DNA from: an uncultured Chitinophagaceae bacterium
Lineage (GTDB): Bacteria; Bacteroidota; Bacteroidia; Chitinophagales; Chitinophagaceae
Assembly (NCBI GenBank): GCA_937900675.1
Contig: CALCEA010000113.1
Span: forward strand, 5,455 to 69,454
DNA length: 64,000 nt
Direction of reading: 5' to 3'
The notes beneath the pieces were generated by a model. That model searched no databases. It was not told where the DNA came from and saw only the letters and a list, made by a program, of their open reading frames with translations. Made by a program: the position numbers and the translations under genes. Of this stretch, positions 37,556-46,017 are shown in pieces (the stretch's first letter is position 1; each line of letters begins with the position of its first letter).

Positions 37556-37563
37556 CAAAGGTA
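37556..37563 (-). promoter_or_regulatory. candidate -7 box TACCTTTG for rplS
   Basis: Exact TAnnTTTG match on the minus strand, 22 nt upstream of the rplS ATG. Confidence 0.45.
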
Positions 37564-37635
37564 GGGTTACCCTTGCTATTATCCAAATTATTTGATCCAA
37601 ATATTAAATTCAGGGCCTTTGGAGGCTATTTTCGA

Positions 37636-39201
37636 CTATCTAGCGATGTTTACAGCGCGTTTTTCGCGGATTACAGTCACTTTAATCTGTCCAGGATAGG
37701 TCATTTCGGTCTGAATTTTCTGAGCAATTTCGAAGCTTAACTGGTCAGAAGACTGATCTGTTACCTTTTCTGCCTCTACAATTACCCTCAATTCTCTACC
37801 AGCTTGAATCGCATAGGCTTTTTCTACGCCTTGGTAATTCATTGCCAAATTCTCTAAATCCTTGATTCTCTGAATATATTGTTGCATAATCTCCCTTCTA
37901 GCCCCTGGTCTTGCACCACTGATAGCGTCACAAGCCTGGATAATAGGAGAAATGACATATTGCATTTCCATTTCATCGTGGTGAGCCCCAATAGCATTTA
38001 CTACCGCTGGATTCTCCCCATATTTTTCTGCCAATTTAGCGCCTAATAATGCGTGGCTTAATTCTGTTTCCTCGTCTGGCACTTTACCAATATCGTGTAA
38101 TAAACCTGCTCTTTTAGCCAATTTAGGATTCAAGCCTAATTCTGCCGCCATGATACCACATAAATTAGCAGTTTCTCTAGAGTGCATTAATAAGTTTTGG
38201 CCATAAGAAGATCTGAATCTCATTTTACCAATAATTCTAATCAACTCTTTATGTAAACCATGAATACCTAATTCAATAACTGTTCTCTCTCCTATCTCTG
38301 CAATTTGCTCTTCTAATTGTCTTCTTGTTTTCTCTACCACTTCTTCAATTCTTGCAGGGTGAATACGACCGTCTGCCACCAATCTTTGCAAACTCAATCT
38401 TGCGATCTCACGACGCAATGGATCAAATGAAGATAATAAAATCGCTTCTGGAGTATCATCCACAATTAAGTCAACACCAGTAGCTGCTTCAATCGCACGA
38501 ATATTTCTACCCTCTCTACCAATGATCTGACCCTTCATCTCATCAGACTCTAAATTGAATACAGTTACTGTATTTTCAATCGCCACTTCTGCAGCGGTTC
38601 TTTGAATAGATTGAATAATAATCTTACGAGCTTCTTTATTCGCTTTTTGTTTAGCTTCTTCAATAATATCCTGTTGTAAAGCAAGGGCTTGACTTTGCGC
38701 CTCGTTCTTTAAACTCTCAATTAATTGTTGCTTAGCATCTTCCGCACTAAGATTGGCGATTTTTTCTAATCTGCGAATATGTTCTTCTTGGTGTTTCTCT
38801 AATTCTGTTCTCTTCAAATTAACGATATCAATCTCACGATTTAATTTTTCTTTGATGACATCGTTTTCTTTAATTTGCTTGTCTAAGGCAACCGTTTTTT
38901 GATTGATATTTAGTTCGTTTTGCTTGATGCGATTCTCCGCTTCACCAATTTTTTTATTTCGCTCTAAAATCTCTCTTTCATGATCGGCCTTTAATTGCAC
39001 AAAACGCTCTTTAGCTTCTAATTGCTTTTCTTTTTTAATGGTTTCAGCTCTTAGTTCAGCTTCTTTTAAAATATTGGCTGCTTGTGCCTCTGCTTCTTCT
39101 ACCTGCTTCTTAGTATTTCTGGCAAAAACCAACTTGCCTAGAACGAGACCCCCTACTAAAGAGGATGCTCCTATGATGATAAATAATATGGTTTGGTCCA
39201 T
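37636..39201 (-). CDS. rny: ribonuclease Y
   Basis: 521 aa. N-terminal TM helix, long coiled coil, KH domain ([12 protein letters not shown]-like) and HD domain (LLHDIGKV). Confidence 0.95.
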   Translation of the reverse strand: MDQTILFIIIGASSLVGGLVLGKLVFARNTKKQVEEAEAQAANILKEAELRAETIKKEKQLEAKERFVQLKADHEREILERNKKIGEAENRIKQNELNINQKTVALDKQIKENDVIKEKLNREIDIVNLKRTELEKHQEEHIRRLEKIANLSAEDAKQQLIESLKNEAQSQALALQQDIIEEAKQKANKEARKIIIQSIQRTAAEVAIENTVTVFNLESDEMKGQIIGREGRNIRAIEAATGVDLIVDDTPEAILLSSFDPLRREIARLSLQRLVADGRIHPARIEEVVEKTRRQLEEQIAEIGERTVIELGIHGLHKELIRIIGKMRFRSSYGQNLLMHSRETANLCGIMAAELGLNPKLAKRAGLLHDIGKVPDEETELSHALLGAKLAEKYGENPAVVNAIGAHHDEMEMQYVISPIIQACDAISGARPGARREIMQQYIQRIKDLENLAMNYQGVEKAYAIQAGRELRVIVEAEKVTDQSSDQLSFEIAQKIQTEMTYPGQIKVTVIREKRAVNIAR

Positions 39202-39299
39202 TGTTAAAGTCTTGATTTTTTAAAAAATACACACTGCCCCTTTTCGTGACGGGAACGAAGATAATCAATTAATAATCAAATTGGTAATGAAGGAAGGGA

Positions 39300-39602
39300 T
39301 TAAGTGCCGGAAATGGCTCTTTCGATGCTATTTTTTAACGTTTCTATCTGATTTTGAACGTTTTCTAGCTCATATAAATTCTGTCCAGACTGCTGTTGTT
39401 CGGTGGCAAACCATAAAAGGACCATGGAAATATAGTCTTGCATGTCTTTTCCAGCATAAGCGCCCTTAAATTCGATCATTTTTTGGTTAATGATGGCAGC
39501 CGTCTTTCTCACAGCTTCTTCGTCCTTAGGGGTAACCTTAACCCTGTATGTTCTATCTGCAATGGTAATATTTACCGGTATCATTTCTTCTTGACTAGAC
39601 AT
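39300..39602 (-). CDS. zapA: cell division protein ZapA
   Basis: 100 aa. N-terminal beta strand ITIADRTYRVKV, then a helical C-terminus. Size and pattern typical of the ZapA family. Confidence 0.8.
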   Translation of the reverse strand: MSSQEEMIPVNITIADRTYRVKVTPKDEEAVRKTAAIINQKMIEFKGAYAGKDMQDYISMVLLWFATEQQQSGQNLYELENVQNQIETLKNSIERAISGT

Positions 39603-39613
39603 GGTATGGGGAA

Positions 39614-39901
39614 TTAAGGATTTAGATTTTGAATCGAATGATCAATTTCTTTAATGTATTGATCTATCTGCTTCATTAATTTTGCTTTATCAGCTGGATC
39701 CATATTAGATTGTCGCATGCTAGCAGCCGCCAATTTGGTTTCTGCATCTTTCAATTGATTGCCCAAGATTTGCTGTTGCTCCTCTGCAATCCCCAATTTG
39801 GATTTCAATTGCTGATTTTCTTTTTCAAGTGCTGCATAGTTTTTTAATAAAACCTGAAGTTTTTCTTGAAGCCCTTGTAAAGATGATTGCAAATTAACCA
39901 T
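39614..39901 (-). CDS. hypothetical coiled-coil protein (possible ZapB-like partner of ZapA)
   Basis: 95 aa. Heptad-rich, Gln/Leu/Lys-rich. Tightly packed between pheT and zapA. Confidence 0.6.
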   Translation of the reverse strand: MVNLQSSLQGLQEKLQVLLKNYAALEKENQQLKSKLGIAEEQQQILGNQLKDAETKLAAASMRQSNMDPADKAKLMKQIDQYIKEIDHSIQNLNP

Positions 39902-39916
39902 GTAGTAAAATTGTGA

Positions 39917-42322
39917 TTATTTTCTGATTTCTGCTTGGATATTTTTTTCAAATTGACCAACCAGTTTTTTCATCATTCCATCTATTTCGGTATCTGTCAA
40001 CGTTTTATCAGAAGCATTGAATACAAAATTAATAGCCACTGATTTTTTCTGATGACCCAGTTTTTCGCTTTCAAATACATCAAATACTCGAGTACTTGAC
40101 AAAGCATTTAATTGTGCAGCCTTGATACAAGACTCAATAGCCTCATATGTGATAGACTGTGGCAAAACCAATGCCAAATCTCTTTCCACAGAAGGATATT
40201 TAGATACTTCTTGATAGACTACTTTATGCTGTTGATAGTATTGTAATAAGCTTGCTAGATCAAATTGAATATACATCACTGACTGCTTGATATCAAAAGC
40301 TTGTAATTTTTTTGAACCAATCACTTCAATTGCACCTAATACTGTTTTTTGATGTAACAATTGAACTGTTTGTCCCTTTGTATGATATTCAATTTCATTT
40401 ACTCCAATGATGGTTAAGATCGCTTCTGCGATTCCTTTTGCCACAAAGAAATCTTGCGTGATTCCCTTTTGTCTCCAACCATCTTCGTGTTGCTTTCCTG
40501 AAAGATAAATTGCCAATTGCTCTCCTTCTTCATATTTACCTGCAGCATTCACCGCATAGACTTTACCCATTTCAAAGAAAGAGATTTGCTGATTTCTTCT
40601 ATTGATATTATAAGCCACTGCTTCTAATCCTGTTTCCAACATAGAAGGCCTCATTACATCTAAATCTGCACTTAAATTATTCAACATCTTTACCGCATGT
40701 TGTAAACTTTCTTCTGAGAAATATTTACTATTGGTAATAGAATTGGTTAAAATTTCTGTGAATCCTTTACCCACTAAATATTGCGCAATTTTATCTTTGA
40801 ATTTTTCTTTTTGCTCTAATGGATCAATCGATGGACTCATGGTAATCACACTTGGAATAGCGATATTATCTAAGCCATCAATTCTCAAAACTTCTTCCAC
40901 AATATCAGCTGGCAAACTAATATCTGGTTTATGATAAGGCACTGCTACTTCAATACTATCTGCAGTTTGATGAATCAATTCGAAACCTAAACTTTTTAAA
41001 ATAGTGATTACTTTTTCTGTAGGATATAGTTTACCACTTAATTTTTTCAAATAAGCCAAAGGCAATACCACTTTGGTTTTGGTAGCTGGACTAGGATACA
41101 CATCTACAACCTTACCAATTTTACCACCAGCGATTTCCTGAATCATTAAAGCGGCTCTTTCTAATACTTTAACTGTACTATCAATATCCACTCCTTTTTC
41201 AAAACGCGTTGCTGCATCTGTTCTTAAACCATGGTGAACAGATGTTTTTCGAATACTTACATTATTAAACCAGGCACTCTCCAAGAAAATAGAAGTAGTA
41301 GCATCTTTCACTCCACTGTTTAATCCACCAAACACACCTGCAATACACATTGGTTTTTCTGTATCACTGATCATTAAATCTGATGCATTTAATTTTCTCT
41401 CTGTTCCATCCAAACTAATAAAGCTTGTTCCAGCTGGATATTTCTTCACCACTACATGTTGGTCTTTGATCACTGATGCATCAAAAGCGTGCAATGGTTG
41501 ACCAGTTTCATGTAAAATATAATTCGTGATGTCTACAATATTATTAATAGATCTTAATCCAATGGATTGTAATTTATTTTTCAACCAAGCAGGAGATGCT
41601 TTTACTTGCACCCCTTCTATCACCACACCCGCATATCTTGAACATGCTTGTTGATCTTCAATAGTCACTTTATAAGTTGGAACCGCTTGATCAATGTTGA
41701 ATGTCTTGCCATAAGGGCTTTTAGCACTCACTGGGTTTTCATGATAAGATAAGTAAGCACAAACATCTTTTGCAACACCATAATGACTCATTGCATCCAT
41801 TCTATTGGGCGTCAAACCAATTTCATAAATCCAATCTTCGTAATAATCAAATAAACTAGCTACCGGAGTGCCCACTTGAATAGCAGCATCCAAAACCATA
41901 ATGCCATCATGATTATCACTTAATCCAATTTCATCTTCTGCACAAATCATCCCTTCAGAAGCTTCTCCTCTGATCTTTGCTAATTTCATCGTTAAAGGAG
42001 CACCATTTTTTGGATAGATGGTTGTTCCAATAGTTGCCACCACTACTTTTTGTCCAGCTGATACATTCGAAGCACCACAAACTATATTCAATGGTGTTTC
42101 TGTTCCAATATTTACCTTGGTTAATTTTAATTTATCTGCATTGGGATGTTGAACAGTTTCTAATACTTCTCCCACCACTAATCCAGCAAGACCACCTTTA
42201 AAATTTTCATATTTTTCTAATGATTCTACTTCCAATCCAATTGAAGTCAATATGGTAGACAATTTTTCTGGGCTAATGGTTTGAGGTAAGTATTCACTCA
42301 GCCAATGGTAACTAATGGTCAT
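39917..42322 (-). CDS. pheT: phenylalanine--tRNA ligase subunit beta
   Basis: 801 aa. N-terminal tRNA-binding (EMAP-like) domain, B3/4 and B5 domains, and a C-terminal FDX-ACB domain. Collinear with PheT. Confidence 0.95.
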   Translation of the reverse strand: MTISYHWLSEYLPQTISPEKLSTILTSIGLEVESLEKYENFKGGLAGLVVGEVLETVQHPNADKLKLTKVNIGTETPLNIVCGASNVSAGQKVVVATIGTTIYPKNGAPLTMKLAKIRGEASEGMICAEDEIGLSDNHDGIMVLDAAIQVGTPVASLFDYYEDWIYEIGLTPNRMDAMSHYGVAKDVCAYLSYHENPVSAKSPYGKTFNIDQAVPTYKVTIEDQQACSRYAGVVIEGVQVKASPAWLKNKLQSIGLRSINNIVDITNYILHETGQPLHAFDASVIKDQHVVVKKYPAGTSFISLDGTERKLNASDLMISDTEKPMCIAGVFGGLNSGVKDATTSIFLESAWFNNVSIRKTSVHHGLRTDAATRFEKGVDIDSTVKVLERAALMIQEIAGGKIGKVVDVYPSPATKTKVVLPLAYLKKLSGKLYPTEKVITILKSLGFELIHQTADSIEVAVPYHKPDISLPADIVEEVLRIDGLDNIAIPSVITMSPSIDPLEQKEKFKDKIAQYLVGKGFTEILTNSITNSKYFSEESLQHAVKMLNNLSADLDVMRPSMLETGLEAVAYNINRRNQQISFFEMGKVYAVNAAGKYEEGEQLAIYLSGKQHEDGWRQKGITQDFFVAKGIAEAILTIIGVNEIEYHTKGQTVQLLHQKTVLGAIEVIGSKKLQAFDIKQSVMYIQFDLASLLQYYQQHKVVYQEVSKYPSVERDLALVLPQSITYEAIESCIKAAQLNALSSTRVFDVFESEKLGHQKKSVAINFVFNASDKTLTDTEIDGMMKKLVGQFEKNIQAEIRK

Positions 42323-42345
42323 GTTGTAGCTTTAAAGTAAGGCTT

Positions 42346-42353
42346 CAAAAATA
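42346..42353 (-). promoter_or_regulatory. candidate -7 box TATTTTTG for pheT
   Basis: Exact TAnnTTTG match on the minus strand, 23 nt upstream of the pheT ATG. Confidence 0.4.
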
Positions 42354-42466
42354 CTAAATTTTAGCCTAAAAAAAGGTGCAATACCTGTTAATAAGTCCAA
42401 ATTTGCTGTGAATTACTATCGCAGTAGTACTGTGAAAAACAACATTTACACCAAAACAAGGAAGTC

Positions 42467-42474
42467 TAAGTTTG
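42467..42474 (+). promoter_or_regulatory. candidate -7 box TAAGTTTG for dnaB
   Basis: Exact TAnnTTTG match, 38 nt upstream of the dnaB ATG. Confidence 0.35.
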
Positions 42475-42512
42475 CTGGGTTAAATTCGCAATAAGAAAAT
42501 AGTGAATAAGAT

Positions 42513-44090
42513 ATGCCGCTTCCCAATTTAAATACGAATAGAAATATTAGAAAGAAAAGTCCTTCTGCCGATATCAGCACCATGATGTATGGCAAAATCC
42601 CCCCTCAAGCAAGGGAGTTGGAGGAAGCAGTTTTGGGTGCCATTCTTTTAGAAAAAAGTGCATTTGATACAGTTACTGAGGTATTGAAACCAGAATGTTT
42701 TTATGTAGAAGCACATCAAATGATTTTCCAAACCATGCAACAATTGCAATTGGATAATCAACCCATTGACATGTTGACTGTGGTGGAAGCTTTAAAAAGA
42801 AGAGAACAATTGGATTTAATTGGAGGCGCTTACTATATCTCTAAATTAACCAATGTAGTTGTTTCAACAGCCAACATAGAAGCGCATGCAAGAATTGTAT
42901 TGCAAAAATTTATTCAAAGAGAACTAATTAGAATTAGTGGTGAAGTAATTTCTAATGCATACGAAGACAGTACAGATGTATTTGATTTATTAGATGATAG
43001 TGAAACAAAGATGTTTAACATCACTAACAATTATCTAAAAAAGAATTTCGTTGACATTGGTGATGCATTGGCCACTGCTGTCAATAGAATTGATGAATTA
43101 AGAAAACAAAAAGATGAGATTTCTGGTGTACCAAGTGGTTTCACCAGTTTAGATAGAATCACATTTGGATGGCAACCTACCGACTTAATCATCTTAGCAG
43201 CAAGACCATCTGTGGGTAAAACCGCATTTGCCTTAAACCTTGCAAGAAATGCAGCCTTACATCCTACTAAACCGCAAGCTGTTGGATTTTTCAGTTTGGA
43301 GATGAGTGCTGCTCAGTTGGTACAAAGAATTTTAAGCGCAGAGAGTGAAATTAAAATGGAGAAAATTTCTAGAGGTAAATTAGAAGAGCACGAATACCAA
43401 CAACTACACAGCAAGGGTATTAAAAAATTAGAAACAGCACCGATTTATATTGATGATACTGCCGCTTTAAACATTTTTGAATTTAGAGCGAAAGCAAGAA
43501 GATTGGTCAACAAACATCAGGTTAAAATTATCATCATTGACTACTTACAATTAATGAGTGGTTCTGGAGATAGAAATAGTAACCGTGAACAAGAGATTAG
43601 TAATATCTCAAGAAGTTTGAAGGCTTTAGCCAAAGAATTACAAATTCCTATCATTGCATTATCTCAGTTGAGTCGTGCGGTGGAAACCAGAAAAGAAAGT
43701 AAGATGCCTCAATTGAGTGACTTGCGTGAATCTGGTGCCATCGAACAAGATGCTGATATGGTAATGTTTATTTACAGACCAGAATACTATGAAGTAATGA
43801 GTAACGAAATGGGAGAAAGCACACAAGGTGAAACCCATATTAGAATTGCGAAGCATAGAAATGGATCTTTGGACATTGTTAAATTAAGAGCAAGATTAGA
43901 TATACAAAGATTTGAAGACTGGGACGGTGATGGTGGTGGTGGCATTCCTGGATTAGGAAGCAATTACAAACCAATCACACCAGGACTTGGTGGCGGTGAT
44001 AATGATGGAGGAAGATTTTTTATTCAAGGAAGTAAAATGAATGGCGGATCATTTGATGATGGCATTGATGATGACGCTTCACCATTTTAA
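42513..44090 (+). CDS. dnaB: replicative DNA helicase DnaB with Gly/Asp-rich C-terminal extension
   Basis: 525 aa. N-terminal domain (LEEAVLGAILL), Walker A ARPSVGKTAF and RecA-like core (DYLQLM, SQLSRAVE, RESGAIEQDAD). Carries an extra 57-aa tail. Confidence 0.95.
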   Translation: MPLPNLNTNRNIRKKSPSADISTMMYGKIPPQARELEEAVLGAILLEKSAFDTVTEVLKPECFYVEAHQMIFQTMQQLQLDNQPIDMLTVVEALKRREQLDLIGGAYYISKLTNVVVSTANIEAHARIVLQKFIQRELIRISGEVISNAYEDSTDVFDLLDDSETKMFNITNNYLKKNFVDIGDALATAVNRIDELRKQKDEISGVPSGFTSLDRITFGWQPTDLIILAARPSVGKTAFALNLARNAALHPTKPQAVGFFSLEMSAAQLVQRILSAESEIKMEKISRGKLEEHEYQQLHSKGIKKLETAPIYIDDTAALNIFEFRAKARRLVNKHQVKIIIIDYLQLMSGSGDRNSNREQEISNISRSLKALAKELQIPIIALSQLSRAVETRKESKMPQLSDLRESGAIEQDADMVMFIYRPEYYEVMSNEMGESTQGETHIRIAKHRNGSLDIVKLRARLDIQRFEDWDGDGGGGIPGLGSNYKPITPGLGGGDNDGGRFFIQGSKMNGGSFDDGIDDDASPF

Positions 44091-44102
44091 TTTGTAGCCA
44101 AA

Positions 44103-44804
44103 ATGTCTGCACCCTATTTTTACGAACCCCTAATAACTGTTGGCGCTACTAATTATACTTGTAGTGAAGAAACTAGCAAGCATTGTGCGCAAGTCTTACG
44201 AATGCAATCTGGAGATGCCTTAACCATTACGAATGGGATGGGTGGTGTTTTTGAAGCAACCATCTTGGAGGCACATAAAAAAAACACCCAAATTCAAATT
44301 GTAAAAGAAATTAATATTGAAGCCCCTACACAAAAATTGGTCCTAGGTATTTCTATTTTAAAAAACGCTGTGCGATTAGAATGGCTTTTTGAAAAAGCAA
44401 CTGAAATGGGTGTGCATTCTATTGTTCCATTATTATGCGAACGAACCATACATGAAAGATTTAAAACAGATAGAATGAATAATATCATTCTATCTGCCAT
44501 GATACAAAGTCAGCAAGCATGGCTTCCTTATTTATCACAACCTATTTCTTTCAAAGATTTTATTCATCAATACAATGCTGCAGATAAATATATCGCACAT
44601 TGTGAACCAACTGTAAAAACATCTATCAAAGACCTTCCTAATAGTAAAGATCTGGTAATTGCCATTGGACCTGAAGGCGATTTCACACCATCAGAAATTG
44701 AAATGGCTATTGAAGCAAATTATCAGCCAATTGGATTGGGGCCTACTAGATTAAGAACTGAAACCGCTGGTTTATTTGCCTTAAGTGTATTAAAAACTTT
44801 CTAG
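44103..44804 (+). CDS. rsmE: 16S rRNA (uracil1498-N3)-methyltransferase
   Basis: 233 aa. PUA-like N-terminus and SPOUT C-terminus with IGPEGDFT and LGPTRLRTETA. Confidence 0.88.
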   Translation: MSAPYFYEPLITVGATNYTCSEETSKHCAQVLRMQSGDALTITNGMGGVFEATILEAHKKNTQIQIVKEINIEAPTQKLVLGISILKNAVRLEWLFEKATEMGVHSIVPLLCERTIHERFKTDRMNNIILSAMIQSQQAWLPYLSQPISFKDFIHQYNAADKYIAHCEPTVKTSIKDLPNSKDLVIAIGPEGDFTPSEIEMAIEANYQPIGLGPTRLRTETAGLFALSVLKTF

Positions 44805-44814
44805 CTTTGTACAT

Positions 44815-45996
44815 ATGAGAATTGTAGAAGTCAATAACCCTAAATTAGATAAAGCTTTTTGTCAAGTCAACGCTGATTTGAACAAATTCAATCCTCATTA
44901 TATTCGACCTTTAGACAATGAAGTATTGCAGGTATTTGATCCTTCTAAAAATAAATTATTCAAAGAGGGTAATGCCAAAAGATGGTTATTGCAATCAGAG
45001 GAAGGAAAGTTCATTGGAAGAATAGCTGCATTCTATTATCCAAAGTATAAAAACAAAGGGACCGACTACCCTACTGGATGTGTGGGATTTTTTGACTGTA
45101 TCAACGATGTAGCTGCTGCAACATTATTATTGGATACTGCCAAAGCATGGTTGATGGAAAATGGCATGGAAGCCATGGATGGTCCAGTTAATTTTGGAGA
45201 CAGAGATAAATGGTGGGGATTAATGATTGATGGATTTGATAGAGAACCTATGTATGGAATGTCTTTTAACCCATCTTATTATCAACACTTATTAGAAGCT
45301 TATGGTTTTAAAAATTACTACAACCAGTATTACTATAAATTAAATGTATTTGATGAATTACCTCCAAGGTTTAAAGAGCGTTATGAAAAATTCAATGCCA
45401 AGCCAGATTATCAAGCAAGACATTTGAATAAAAAGCATTTGGAAAAATATGCACAAGATTTTGTGACTATTTATAATGAAGCATGGGCACAGCATGGCGA
45501 AGCAAAAGCGATTACTTTGGAGCAAATCATGAAATTATTTAAAACCCTTAGCCCTATTATGGATGAAAGGGTTATTTGGTTTGCATACTATAAAGAAGAT
45601 CCCATTGCTATGTTTATTAATATCCCTGATGTCAATCAATATTTTAAATACTTTGATGGTCAGTTAGGATTGAAACAAAAGCTACACTTACTTTGGATGA
45701 AATGGCGCAAACAAAACAAGCGATTAACTGGATTGGCATTTGGGGTGGTTCCAAAATACCAGTCTTTAGGGGTGGACAGTTTCTTGATTTATTCCAGTGC
45801 TTTATTATTGTACAAAATCAAGTCTTATCATCAATATGAGATGGGCTGGGCAGCTGATTGGAATCCGAAGATGGTGAATATTTACAAAAGTTTAGGAGCG
45901 CAACCCAGCAGACAGATGGTTACTTATAGATATATTTTTAATGAAAATCAACACCCATTTGAGCGCCATCCAGAAATGGACTACAGTGCCAAATAA
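44815..45996 (+). CDS. conserved hypothetical protein, possibly GNAT-fold acyltransferase-like
   Basis: 393 aa, soluble. The GPVNFGDRDKWWGLMIDGF and FNPSYYQHLLEAYGF blocks resemble a Bacteroidetes family that I recall being annotated as GNAT-like. Not verified. Confidence 0.4.
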   Translation: MRIVEVNNPKLDKAFCQVNADLNKFNPHYIRPLDNEVLQVFDPSKNKLFKEGNAKRWLLQSEEGKFIGRIAAFYYPKYKNKGTDYPTGCVGFFDCINDVAAATLLLDTAKAWLMENGMEAMDGPVNFGDRDKWWGLMIDGFDREPMYGMSFNPSYYQHLLEAYGFKNYYNQYYYKLNVFDELPPRFKERYEKFNAKPDYQARHLNKKHLEKYAQDFVTIYNEAWAQHGEAKAITLEQIMKLFKTLSPIMDERVIWFAYYKEDPIAMFINIPDVNQYFKYFDGQLGLKQKLHLLWMKWRKQNKRLTGLAFGVVPKYQSLGVDSFLIYSSALLLYKIKSYHQYEMGWAADWNPKMVNIYKSLGAQPSRQMVTYRYIFNENQHPFERHPEMDYSAK

Positions 45997-46017
45997 TTAG
46001 TATATTGCGCGTCAAGT

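Noticed and set aside
39202-39299. Possible 6S RNA (ssrS) downstream of zapA, by analogy with the E. coli zapA-ssrS linkage
   Set aside because: The spacer is only 98 nt, too short for a roughly 180-nt 6S RNA. I could see only a weak 5-6 bp hairpin and a TTGATTAT direct repeat, and no extended closed-bubble structure.
42385-42440. DnaA-box-like sequences TGTGAATTA and TGTGAAAAA upstream of dnaB, as possible origin or autoregulatory boxes
   Set aside because: Each matches the TGTGGATAA consensus at only 7 of 9 positions, in AT-rich DNA. There is no cluster of boxes, no adjacent AT-rich unwinding repeats, and no dnaA or dnaN nearby.
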